Below the pieces are notes generated by a model. That model was not told the DNA's origin and made no database searches. It saw nothing but the letters and a program-made list of their open reading frames with translations. The position numbers were made by a program, and so were the translations under genes. A DNA stretch of 36,457 bases from Macrostomum lignano (lineage: Eukaryota), in assembly GCA_002269645.1 (NCBI GenBank), contig NIVC01004741.1:1-36457 (forward strand), given 5' to 3'. Shown piece after piece: positions 8,749 to 19,973 of this stretch. Numbering within the stretch: position 1 is the stretch's first letter; every line of letters starts with the position of its first letter.

Positions 8749-9069
8749 TTACATCGAGCCATTCGTGTCGAAAAAGCTAAGCGCCTGCTTGCGCTGCTCA
8801 AGAAGATAAATCTTCTGTCGTCGCGAGGTAATCGTCCGCATCGTTACATGCTCCAAAACTCGATCCTTCAACACACTCAAAAATACATTGTGCTTCATAC
8901 CTCTTACAATCGACTTCGACACGCCCTTGCAACGCACAAGAGCCTGACAGAGGCTTTTCTTTGCATACACCATTGAATAGTTTTTCGGACGTAGAAATGC
9001 AAACTCCAACGGTGTACAACCGGAAACTTCATCTCTCCAGGCCATTAACTTCCCTTTATACTTCTTCTT
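8749..9069 (-). pseudogene. polB: Protein-primed PolB, C-terminal part
   Basis: KKKYKGKLMAWRDE..EFAFLRPKNYS..CKGV..KQALSFFD matches the Polinton PolB C-terminus and joins in frame to 23725. Confidence 0.88.
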
Positions 9070-10009
9070 TCCTTATACTAAAAGTGCTGCGATGTTTGTC
9101 TGTCTGTCTGTCTGTATGTTGCAAGTAAACTCCTACAATTCTGGCAAGTCAGCGTCGAAACTTATATGGGAAAACTGCAAATTTTCCGGAGCAGGCTTTA
9201 GGCTATTTTAATGAGCTCTACCTCATTGCTAAGGGGATTAAATATTCAAAAAACTGTACTTTCCCTATCTAATTAGTGTATTTTTCTCGCAGTGAGAGCT
9301 CAATATGTCTATGGCCATAGACTAAACTTCAACTTATTGTGGCTTGGATGCTATGAGCTAAAAATAAATAAATATTTCTCGCAGTGAGCACTTGAGAAAT
9401 AATAATATGTCTATGGCCATAGACTAAGCTTCAACTTCTTGAGCTTTTGCTACGAGCTATAAATAATTCGAAATTCAAAATATGAGGATTCGAAAGCATG
9501 CTTTTCTGCATAAGGGAAAGATATCAGTTCAACTTTTAATTGCCACTGCGTACTGGAAGGGGATCGGTCGCTGTGTATTGGAGGGTTGAATTAGATTGCG
9601 CAATCTTTTTGGTAACTCTAACTGAGACCATGATATTTACTGAATGAGAAAAAATGCTTTTTTTACCGGTCCCCTTCAACATGCAGCTGTGTGTAGCTCT
9701 AACCCTAACCCTAACCAATGAATTCTGAGAGCTGAGTTCTGTTTGACGGAGGAATTTCGATTGAGTCCAGTTTCACGGAGAGGATTTCTATTTTGCGGAG
9801 AGGATTTCGATGGTGTTCAGTTTCACGGAGACGATTTCGATGGTGTTCAGTTTCACGGAGACGATTTCGATGGTGTTCAGTTTCACGGAGACGATTTCTA
9901 TTGCGCGGAGAGCTGTTGGAAAATGGGATTAGGCTGATGGAGTTCAGGGAATGGAATTCCGGTGATGGGAGTTCTTCCCCTTTCTTCTCCGAAGGAGGAG
10001 TTGGCCTCG
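9070..10009 (+). mobile_element. Non-autonomous Helitron unit 1 (940 bp)
   Basis: Starts TCCTTATACTAAAAG, ends hairpin-TTGGCCTCG; contains (CTAACC)3 and a 30-bp minisatellite (9811-9900). Confidence 0.8.
9699..9716. repeat. Telomere-like (CTAACC)3
   Basis: Direct reading. Confidence 0.9.
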
Positions 10010-10444
10010 TCTTAATACTAAAACTGGTGCGATGATTGTCTGCGTGTTGCAATTTTTCTCCTAGACTACTGGCAAGTCAGCGTTGAAACTTATATGGGAA
10101 AACTGCAAATTTTCCGGATTGGGTTTATAGCTATTTTAATGAGCTCTAGCTCATTGCTAAGGGGATTAAATATTCGAAAAACTGTATTTTCCCTATCTAA
10201 TTAGTGTCTTTTTCTCGCAGTGAGAGCTCAATATGTCTATGGCCATAGACTAAACTTCAACTTATTGTAGCTTGGATGCTATCTTAATCTTCTCTAAATA
10301 CTAAAGTTGGTGCGATGTTTGTCTGTTTGTCTGTTTGTCCGTTTGTTGCATAACTCGTCCCAGAATATCTCTAAATACTAAAGTTGGTGCGATGTTTGTC
10401 TGTTTGTCTGTTTGTCCGTTTGTTGCATAACTCCTCCCAGAATA
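10010..10444 (+). mobile_element. Truncated Helitron 5' ends (10010-~10290, then 77-bp stubs 10291-10367 and 10368-10444)
   Basis: Each starts TC..ATACTAAA; the stubs match the 5' end of the Rep-bearing unit at 19974. Confidence 0.75.
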
Positions 10445-11380
10445 TCTTCTTCTCTCTATCTATATATACTAAAGTTGACGCGTTGTTTGTCTGTCTGTAT
10501 GTCTGTCTGTATGTCTGTCTGTCATTTCGACAACTCCTCCTTGAATAGTGCCAACTCAGCGTTGAAACTTATATGGGAAGATTGGAAATTATCCGAGGTC
10601 GGCTATAGGCTATTTTAATTCTGAAATTTTAATTTCTAAGATCCTCAAAAAAGCAGAAAACGGCGGTCTTGACCTTTGATAATCTTAATTGTCCCCTCTT
10701 TCTGCTTGGAGCTGAAAATTTGCATGAATTTCAAGTGATTGCGCCACAACTTTTCCCTATCTCTGCAGTGTATTTTCTCTCCAGTGGGGGGATGGGGCGT
10801 TCTAAATGGCTGCCTGTGTACAATCGGACCCTGGCTCACTGGCTGACTGTATAGATAATTGCGCAATGATATGGCTACTGATAAGTTTTCCTGCCTTTCA
10901 ATGGGCAGCCCTGTGTATTTGTTGGACATTGAAATTCAATGCTTCAACTTGCAAGCAGGCAGTGAACGTACACTCGATACTTCAATGCTATAAATCAGAC
11001 AGTTTCAAACGCTAACTGTTCCTCGAGTTTTAAACTTTGAGAGGAGAAACTTATATTGCTGGAAAGATCTTGCAACGCTGAGTTCGGGGATATAAGTTGT
11101 TTGCTTTAAATATGAAAAGAAAAAGCACAGCATTTGAAAAACTATTTCCATACTTTTAACTTTCTGCAAAGATTGTACTTTAATCTGCAAAGATTGTTGG
11201 GGGGAGGGTTCAACTTCTCACTGCTGCTGTGTATTGGAGGGTCGATTTAGATTGCGCAATGTTTTTGTTAACTTTACCTGAGGCTGATACTGACTGACTG
11301 TGAAATCGGTTGCGCAATGAATTGATTCAAATAGTTCAATATTTTTATCTGTGCCTTTTAACACAAAGTTGTGCGTAGTT

Positions 11381-11420
11381 CTAACCCTAACCCTAACCCT
11401 AACCCTAACCCTAACCCTAA
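11381..11420. repeat. Telomere-like (CTAACC)~6.7
   Basis: Direct reading. Confidence 0.97.
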
Positions 11421-11839
11421 TGAATCTGGCGAGTTGAGTTGTTTGACGGAAAAAATTCGATTAAGTCAAGTTTAGCGGAGACGATTTCAATGTTTAAATT
11501 CTGACGGAGAAGATTTCTGTTTCGTGGAGAGGATTTCGATGATGTTCAGTTTCACGAAAGGATTTCGATGATGTTCAGTTTCACGAAAGGATTTCCATGG
11601 TGTTCAGTTTCACGGAGAGGATTTCGATCATGTTCAGCTTCACGGAGAGGCTTTCTGTTTCGCGGAGATAATTTATGATTGATTTCTGTTTTATGGAAAC
11701 AATTTTGATGGATTTAAGTTTCAAGGAGAGGATTTCGAAGGAGTCCAGTTTCACTGAGAGGATTTCGATGGTTTTTAGTTGCACAGACAGGATTTTTGCT
11801 TCGCGGAGAGGATCTTGATGGATTTGGCATCTTCAATCA

Positions 11840-12545
11840 GTCAGAGAAGAGAGTAAAGAGAAGACTGAAAAGAGAAGAGAGAAGAGATGCTAGAAAACAG
11901 AGTATAATTGAGTGGAGAGATTAGACATGACAGATTGGAGATGATAGGATAGAGAATAGATGAGGGATAAGAGCGTACAGAGGCAATAGAAGAGAGGGGA
12001 GAGTAGAGGAGAAAGAAAGAGTGAGATGAGGAGATGAGGGATGAGAGAGGAGGGGAGAGAGGAGACAGGAGAGAGTACAGACGAAAGACTAGGGAGAAGA
12101 TATAAATAAGGTAGTAAAGATGAGAGGAGAGAGAGGAGAGAGAAGCGAAAGGAGAAGAGAGTGAGGAGAGAGGAGAGAGATGAAAGGAGCAAGGAAAGGA
12201 GAAAAGAGAGAATGGAGAGAATAGAAAAGAGAGAAGAGAAGAGACAGGGGATAGTGAAAAGGAGGAAGAAAGATGGGAGACAAGAAAGAAAGTAGAGTGT
12301 GAGAGCGTATATGAGATATCAGAAATGAGAAGCAGATAGGAGAGAAAAGAGAAGAGAGAGAGGGTTAAGAGAGACGATAGATAAGTAAGGAGAAATGACA
12401 TATGAGAGAGGAGAGAAGAGGGAGAGATAAGAGTGAAGAGAGGAGACAGAAGACAGGAGAAGGTACAGACGAAAGACGAGGGAGAAGAGATAAATAAGGG
12501 AGCAGGGGTAGAGATGAGATGAGAGAGAGGAGAGAGGAGATATGA
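11840..12545. repeat. GA-rich low-complexity tract
   Basis: Purine-rich plus strand; produces spurious L/S-rich ORFs on the minus strand. Confidence 0.9.
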
Positions 12546-12717
12546 GAGACTTGAGAGTCTTTGAGCTATGGTCTTTGAAAGATTTTGTAAAGAATTTGGA
12601 GACGATTTGGAAGATAGGGTTAAAGACATGGAATTTCAGTTGATGGATATTTCAGGGAATAGAATTCCGGTGATGGGAGTTCTTCCCCTTTCTCCTCCGA
12701 AGGAGGAGTTCCACTCG

Positions 12718-15262
12718 TCTATCTATATATACTAAAGTTGACGCGTTGTTTGTCTGTCTGTCTGTCTGTCTGTGTGTCTGTCTGTCATTTCGACAACTCC
12801 TCCTTGAATAGTGCCAACTCAGCGTTGAAACTTATATGGGAAGATAGGAAATTATCCGAGGTCGGCTATAGGCTATTTTAATTCTGAAATTTTAATTTCT
12901 AAGATCCTCAAAAAAGCAGAAAACTGCCTTTTTGACCCCCAATAACCTTCTTTTGCCACTCTGCCTGGGGCTTCAGCCAGTTTGTAAAAATAGCCACCCC
13001 AACCTCCGCCCGCGGGCCGCTGTGTATTGAGGGGTGGTGGGTGCGCGTGTTCTGCGTTCAATGCAAATAAAACCCCCCGCGTGTTGGGGAGTTGAGTTGA
13101 ATTTAATGATTCCCCCGGAACGGGGGGGTGGGCTTGGGCTGAGTGTACATAGCTATTGTAAACAGATAGAACTGTGCCGAGATTCAATTGGTTTTATTAT
13201 CGGCCCTGTGTATTAGCTGGGCAGTGAAATTCAATGAATAAACTTGCGAGCATCTCTAGCAAGAAGTCGGGAAATCGGTAAATTTCAAACGCTAACTGTT
13301 CCTCGAGTTTTAAACTTTTAGAGGAGAATTAGAATTGAGACTTTTAGAGTTTGAGGATATAAGTTGTTTGCTTTAAATATGAAAAGAAAAAGCACAGCAT
13401 TTGAAAAACTATTTCCACACTTTTAACTTTCTGCAAAGATTGCACTCAGTTTTGCGAGACGTAATGGATAAAGTTGGGGGAGGGTTCAACTTTTCACTGC
13501 TGCTGTGTATTGGAGGGTTGATTTAGATTGCGCAATGTTTTTGTTAACTTTAACTGAGACTGATACTGACTGACTGACTGTGAAATCGGTTGCGCAATGA
13601 ATTGATTCAATTAGTTCAATATTTTTATCAGTGCCTTTTAACACGAAGCTGTGCGCAGTTCTAACCCTAACCCTAACCCTAACCCTAACCAATGAATCCG
13701 GAGAGTTGAGTTGTTTGACGGAAAAAAATTCTATTGAGTCCAGTTTAGCGGAGATGATTTCAATGTTTTATTTTTGACGGAGAGGATTTCTGTATCGTGG
13801 AGAGGATTTCGATGGTGTTCAGTTTCATGAAGAGAGGATTTCGATGATGTTCAGCTTCACGGAGAGGATTTCTGTTTCGCGGAGATAATTTATGATTGAT
13901 TTCTGTTTTATGGAGACGATTTCTGTGATTTTGATGGATTTAAGTTTCAAGGAAATGATTTCGAAGGAGTCCAGTTTCACGAAGAGGATTTCAATGGTTT
14001 TCAGTTGCACGGAAAGGATTTCTGCTTCGCGGAGAGGATCTTGATGGATTTGGCATCTTCAATCAGTCAGAGAAGAGAGTAAAGAGAAGAATGAAAAGAG
14101 AAGAGAGATGAGATGAGATGATAGAAAACAGAGTAGAAATGAGACGAGAGATTAGACATGACAGATGGCAGAGAAGAGGGGAGTAAGGCGGGAACGAAGG
14201 AGAGAGAAAAGAAGAGGAGAGAGGAGACGAGAGGGGAGATATGAGATAGCAGAGGGTGACAAGAGAGATGATAGGAAAGAGAATAGAGATGAGGGATAAG
14301 AGCGTACAGAGGTAATAGAAAAGAGGGGAGAGTAGAGGAGAAAGAAGGAGTGAGATGAGGGATGAGAGATGAGAGAGGAGGGGAGAGAGAAAAGAGGAGA
14401 AAAGAGGGGAGAAATGAGACAGGAGAGAGTAGAGACGAAAGACCAGGTAGAAGATATAAATAAGGTAGTATAGATGAGAGGAGAGAGAGGAGATAGAGAA
14501 GCGAGAGGAGAAGAGAGAGAGGAGAGAGGAAAGAGATGAAAGATCAGAGATAAGAGAGTTAGGAGAAGAAAAGTAGTGAGGAGAGGAGAGATGAGAGATG
14601 CGATGAGAAAAGAGATGAGTGAGAACATAAGAGAGAAGAGATTAGAGATTAGAGAAGAGAGGGGAGAAGATGAAAGGAGAAAGGAGAGGAGAGAAGAGAG
14701 AATGGAGAGGATAGAAAAGAGAGAAGAGAAGAGACAGGGGATAGTGGTAAGGAGGAAAGAAAGATGGGAGACAAGAAAGTAGAGTGTGAGAGCGTATATG
14801 AGATATGAGAAATGAGAAGCAGATAGGAGAGAAAAGAGAAGAGAGAGAGGGTTAAGAGAGACGATAGATAAGTAAGGAGAGATGACATATGAGAGAGGAG
14901 AGAAGAGAGGAGACAGGAGACAGAAGTGAAGAGGAGAGATGAGAGAAGAGAGGAGACAAGAGACAGGAGAGGGTACAAACGAAAGACGAGGGAGAAGAGA
15001 TAAATAAGGGAGTAGGGGTAGAGATGAGATGAGAGAGAGGAGAGAGAAGAGAGTCACGATAATAGCGAAGAGAGGAGAGAGGAGATACGAGAGACGTAAG
15101 AGTCTTTGAGCTATGGTCTTTGAAAGGTTTGTAAAGAATTTGGAGACGATTTGGAAGATAGGGTTCAAGACATGGAATTTCAGTTGATGGATATTTCAGG
15201 GAATGGAATTCCGGTGATGGGAGTTCTTCCCCTTTCTCCTCCGAAGGAGGAGTTCCACTTCG
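12718..15262 (+). mobile_element. Non-autonomous Helitron unit 3 (~2.5 kb)
   Basis: Same termini and internal modules as unit 2; GA tract ~14065-15095. Confidence 0.82.
13661..13690. repeat. Telomere-like (CTAACC)5
   Basis: Direct reading. Confidence 0.97.
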
Positions 15263-17517
15263 TACATATACTAAAGTTCACGTGTTGTTTGTCTGTCTGT
15301 CATTTCGACAACTCCTCCTTGAATAGTGCCAACTCAGCGTTGAAACTTACATGGGAAGATTGGAAATTATCCGAGGTCGGCTATAGGCTATTTTAATTCT
15401 GAAATTTTAATTTCTAAGATCCTCAAAAAGCAGAAAACTTGAATCTTGACCTTTGATAATCTTAATTGTCCCCTCTTTCTGCTTGGAGCTGAAAAATGCA
15501 TGAATTTTTTGTGATTGCGCCACAACCTTTCCCTATCTCTGTAGTGTATTTTCTTTCCAGTGGGGGGTGGGAGCGTTCTCAGTGGCTGCGTGTGTACACT
15601 TGGACCCTGGCTCACTGGCTGACTGTATAGATAATTGCGCAATGATATAGCTACTGATAAGTTTTCCTGCCTTTCAATGGGCAGCCCTGTGTATTTGTTG
15701 GACATTGAAATTCAATGCATCAACTTGCAAGCAGGCAGTGAATGTACACTCGATACTTCAATGCTATAAATCAGACAGCTTTAAACGCTAACTGTTCCTC
15801 GAGTTTTAAACTTTGATAGGAGAAACTTATATTGTTGGAAAGATCTTGCAACGCTGAGTTCGGGGATGTAAATATGAAAAGAAAAAGCACAGCATTTAAA
15901 AAACTATTTCCATACTTTTAACTTTTTGCAAAAATTGTACTCAGTTTTGCGAGACGTAATAGATAAAGTTAGGGGAGGGTTCAACTTCTCACTGCTGCTG
16001 TGTATTAGAGGGTTGATTTAGATTGCGCAATGTTTTTGTTAACTTTAACTGAGACTGATACTGACTGACTGTGAAATCGGTTGCGCAATGAATTGATTCA
16101 ATTAGTTCAATATTTTTATCAGTGCCTTTTAACACGAAGCTGTGTGTAGTTCTAACCCTAACCCTAACCCTAACCCTAGCCAATGAATCCGGAGAGTTGA
16201 GTTGTTTGACGGAAAAAAATTCGATTAAGTCCAGTTTAGCGGAGACGATTTCAATGTTTTAATTTTGACGGAGAGGATTTCTGTTTCGTGGAGATAATTT
16301 ATGATTAATTTCTGTTTAATGGAGACGATTTTAATGGATTTAAGTTTGAAGGAGAGGATTTCGAAGGAGTCCAGTTTCACGGAGAGGATTTCGATGGTTT
16401 TCATTTGCACCGACAGGATTTCTGCTTCGCGCAGAGGATTTTGATGGATTTTGCATCTTCAGTCAGTCAGAGAAGAGAGTAAAGAGAAGAGCGAAAAGAG
16501 AAGAGAAATGAGATGATAGAAAAGAGAGTAGAAATTAGAGAGGAGAGATGACAAATAGGAGAGAAGAGGGGAGTGATGCGGGAATGAAGAGGGGGACAGA
16601 ATAGAAGAGGAGAGAGGAGATGAGATGGGAGATATGAGATAGCAGAGAGGAGACAAGATGGATGAGAAGAGAGAGAAGAGAGACGGGATAGGAGCGTACA
16701 GGGGAAATAGAAGAGAAGAGAGAGTAAAGGAGAAAGAAAGAATGAGATGAAGGATGAGAGATAAGAGAGGAGGGGAGAGAGAAGAGAGGAGAAAAGAGGG
16801 GAGAAAGGAGACAGGAGAGGGTACAGACGACAGACCAGGGAGAAGATATAAATAAGGTAGTAGAAATGAGAGGAGAAAGAAGCGAAAGGAGTAGAGAGAG
16901 AGGAGAGAGATGAAAGATCAGAGATGAGAGAGTTAAGAGAGGAAAGTAGTGAGGAGAGGAGAGGAGAGATTAGAGATGCGATGAGAAGAGATGAGTGAGA
17001 ACATAAGATAGAAGAGATTAGAGATTAGAGAAGAAAGGGGAGAAGATGAAAGGAGCAACGAAGGGAGAATATAGAGATAAGATAAGTTGATAGATAAGTG
17101 AGTAGAGATGACATATGAGAGAGGAGGGAAGAGGGAGAGATAAGAGAGAAGAGAGGAGACAGGAGACAGAAGTGAAGAGGAGAGATGAGAGAAGAGAGGA
17201 GACAAGAGACAGGAGAAGGTACAGACGAAAGACGAGGGACAAGAAATAAATAAGGGAGTAGGGATAGAGATGAGATGAGAGAGAGGAGAGAGAAGAGAGA
17301 GAAGAGAGTCACGATAATAGCGAAGAGAGGAGAGAGGAGATATGAGAGACGTGAGAGTCTTTGAGCCATGGTCTTTGAAAAGTTTTGTAAAGAATTTGGA
17401 GACGATTTGGAAGATAGGGTTCAAGACATGGAATTTCAGTTGATGGATATTACAGGGAATGGAATTCCGGTGATGGGAGTTCTTCCCCTTTCTCCTCCGA
17501 AGGAGGAGTTCCACTCG
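15263..17517 (+). mobile_element. Non-autonomous Helitron unit 4 (~2.25 kb)
   Basis: Same termini and modules; GA tract ~16460-17350. Confidence 0.82.
16152..16181. repeat. Telomere-like (CTAACC)4 + CTAGCC
   Basis: Direct reading. Confidence 0.95.
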
Positions 17518-19973
17518 TATATACTAAAGTTGACGTGTTGTTTGTCTGTCTGTCTGTCTGTTTGTGTGTGTGTGTGTGTGTCATTTCGACAACTCCTCCT
17601 TGAATAGTGGCAACTCAGCGTTGAAACTTATATGGGAAGATTGGAAATTATCCGAGGTCGGCTATAGGCTATTTTAATTCTGAAATTTTAATTTCTAAGA
17701 TCCTCAAAAAAGCAGAAAACGGCGGTCTTGACCTTTGATAATCTTAATTGTCCCCTCTTTCTGCTTGGAGCTGAAAATTTGCATGAATTTCAAGTGATTG
17801 CGCCACAACTTTTCCCTATCTATGCAGTGTATTTTCTTTCCAGTGGGGGTGGGAGCGTTCTCAGTGGCTGCGTGTGTACACTTGGACCCTGGCTCACTGG
17901 CTGACTGTATAGATAATTGCGCAATGATATGGCTACTGATAAGTTTTCCTGCCTTTCAATGGGCAGTCCTGTGTATTTGTTGGACATTGAAATTCAATGC
18001 ATCAACTTGCAAGCAGGCAGTGAACGTACACTCGATACTTCAATGCTATAAATCAGACAGTTTCAAACGCTAACTGTTCCTCGAGTTTTAAACTTTGAAA
18101 GAAGAGACTTATATTGCTGGAAAGATCTTGCAACGCTGAGTTCGGGGATATAAATTGTTTGCTTTAAATATGAAAAGAAAAAGCACAGCATTTGAAAAAC
18201 TATTTCCATACTTTTAACTTTTTGCAAATATTGTACTCAGTTTTGCGAGACGAAATAGATAAAGTTGGGGGGAGGGTTCAACTTCTCACTACTGCTGTGG
18301 ATTGGAGGGTTGATTTATATTGCGCAATGTTTTTGTTAACTTTAACTGAGACTGATAATGACTGACTGTGAAATCGGTTGCGACATCAATTTGTTTCATT
18401 ATATGTGCCTTTTAATAGGCTGCCCTGTGTAATAGCCGGCCTGTGTAATGAATGAATAAACTTGCGAGCCTCTTTGGCAGGCAGTGAACGTATACTCGAT
18501 ATTTCAATGCTTTAAAACGGGAACTTTCAAACGCTAACTGCTCTTCGAGTTCTAAACTTTAAGAGAAGAGACTTATACTGCTGAAAAGATCTTGCAACGC
18601 TGAGTTCGAGGATATAAATTGTTTGCTTTAAATATAAAGACTAAAAGCACAGCATACAAAAACTATTTCCATACTTTTAGCTTTCTGCAAAGATTGTACT
18701 CATTTTTAGTTCAATGCCCCCAACACCCGGGTTCAATTTCTAACTGCCACTGCGTATTGAAAAGGGGCCGGTCTCTGTGTACTGGAGGGTTGATTTAAAT
18801 TGCGCAATCTTTTTGTTCACTTTACCTGAGACTGATACTGACTGACTTTGAAATCGGTTGCGCTATCAATTGATTCAATTGGCTCAATTTTTTATTTAAA
18901 CACGCAGCTGTGTGTAGCTCTAACCCTAACCCTAACCCTAACAGTAACCCTAACCAATGAATCCTAATATTTTATTCTTTTTGACGGAGAAAATTTCGAT
19001 TGAGTCCAGTTTTAAAGAGATAATTTCGATGGTTTTCAGTTTCACGGAGAGGATTTCTGTTTCGCGGAGAGGATTTCAATGGTTTTCAGTTTCACGGAGA
19101 GGATTTCTGCTTCGCGGAGAGGATCTTGATAGATTTGGCATCTTCAATCAGTCATAAAAGAGAGTAAAGAGAAGATCGAAAAGAGAAGAGACATGAGATG
19201 GTATAAAACAGAGTAGAAATGAGTGGATAGATTAGACATGACCGATGGAAGAGAAGAGGGGAGTAAGGCGGAAACGAAGAGGGAGAGAGAAGAGAAGAGG
19301 AGAGAGGAGATGAGAGGGGAGATATGAGATAGCAGAGGGAGACAAGAGAGATAATAGGAAAGAGAATAGATGACGGATAAGAGCGTACAGAGGAAATAGA
19401 AGAGAGGGGAGAGTAGAGGAGAAAGAAAGAGTGAGATGAGGGAAGAGATATGAGAGAGGAGATATGAGAGACGTGAGAGTCTTTGAGCTATGGTCTTTGA
19501 AAGGTTTTGTAAAGAATTTGGAGAGATGATAGGAGAGAGAATAGAGATGAGGGATAAGAGCGTACAGGGGAAATAGATGAGAGGGGAGAGTAGAGAAGAA
19601 AGAAAGAGTGAGATGAAGGATGAGAGATGAGGGAGGAGAGGGGAGAGAGAAGAGAGGAGAAAAGAGGGGAGAAATGAGACAGGAGAGAGTAGAGACGAAA
19701 GACCAGGGAGAAGATATAAATAAGGGAGTAGGGGTAGAGATGAGAGGAGAGAGAGGAGAGAGAAGAGAGTCACGATAATAGCGAATAGAAGAGAGAGGAG
19801 ATATGAGAGACGTGAGAGTCTTTGAGCTATGGTCTTTCAAAGATTTTGTAAAGAATTTGGAGACGATTTGGAAGATGGGATTCAAGTGGAGTTTCAGCTG
19901 ATGGATTTCAGGGAATGGAATTCCGGTGATGGGAGTTCTTCCCCTTTCTCCTCCGAAGGAGGAGTTCCACTCG
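17518..19973 (+). mobile_element. Non-autonomous Helitron unit 5 (~2.45 kb)
   Basis: Same termini; internal duplication (~18040-18380 vs ~18480-18880); GA tract ~19150-19810. Confidence 0.8.
18920..18955. repeat. Telomere-like (CTAACC)n, interrupted
   Basis: Direct reading. Confidence 0.93.

Larger units (their letters stand above)
10445..12717 (+). mobile_element. Non-autonomous Helitron unit 2 (~2.3 kb)
   Basis: 5' TCTATATATACTAAAGTTGACGCG; 3' hairpin 12692-12708 + TTCCACTCG. Confidence 0.82.

Noticed and set aside
11381-11420. True chromosome end or telomere-targeting non-LTR retrotransposon
   Set aside because: The tracts are short, internal and repeated at a fixed position in each Helitron unit; no RT/endonuclease ORF.
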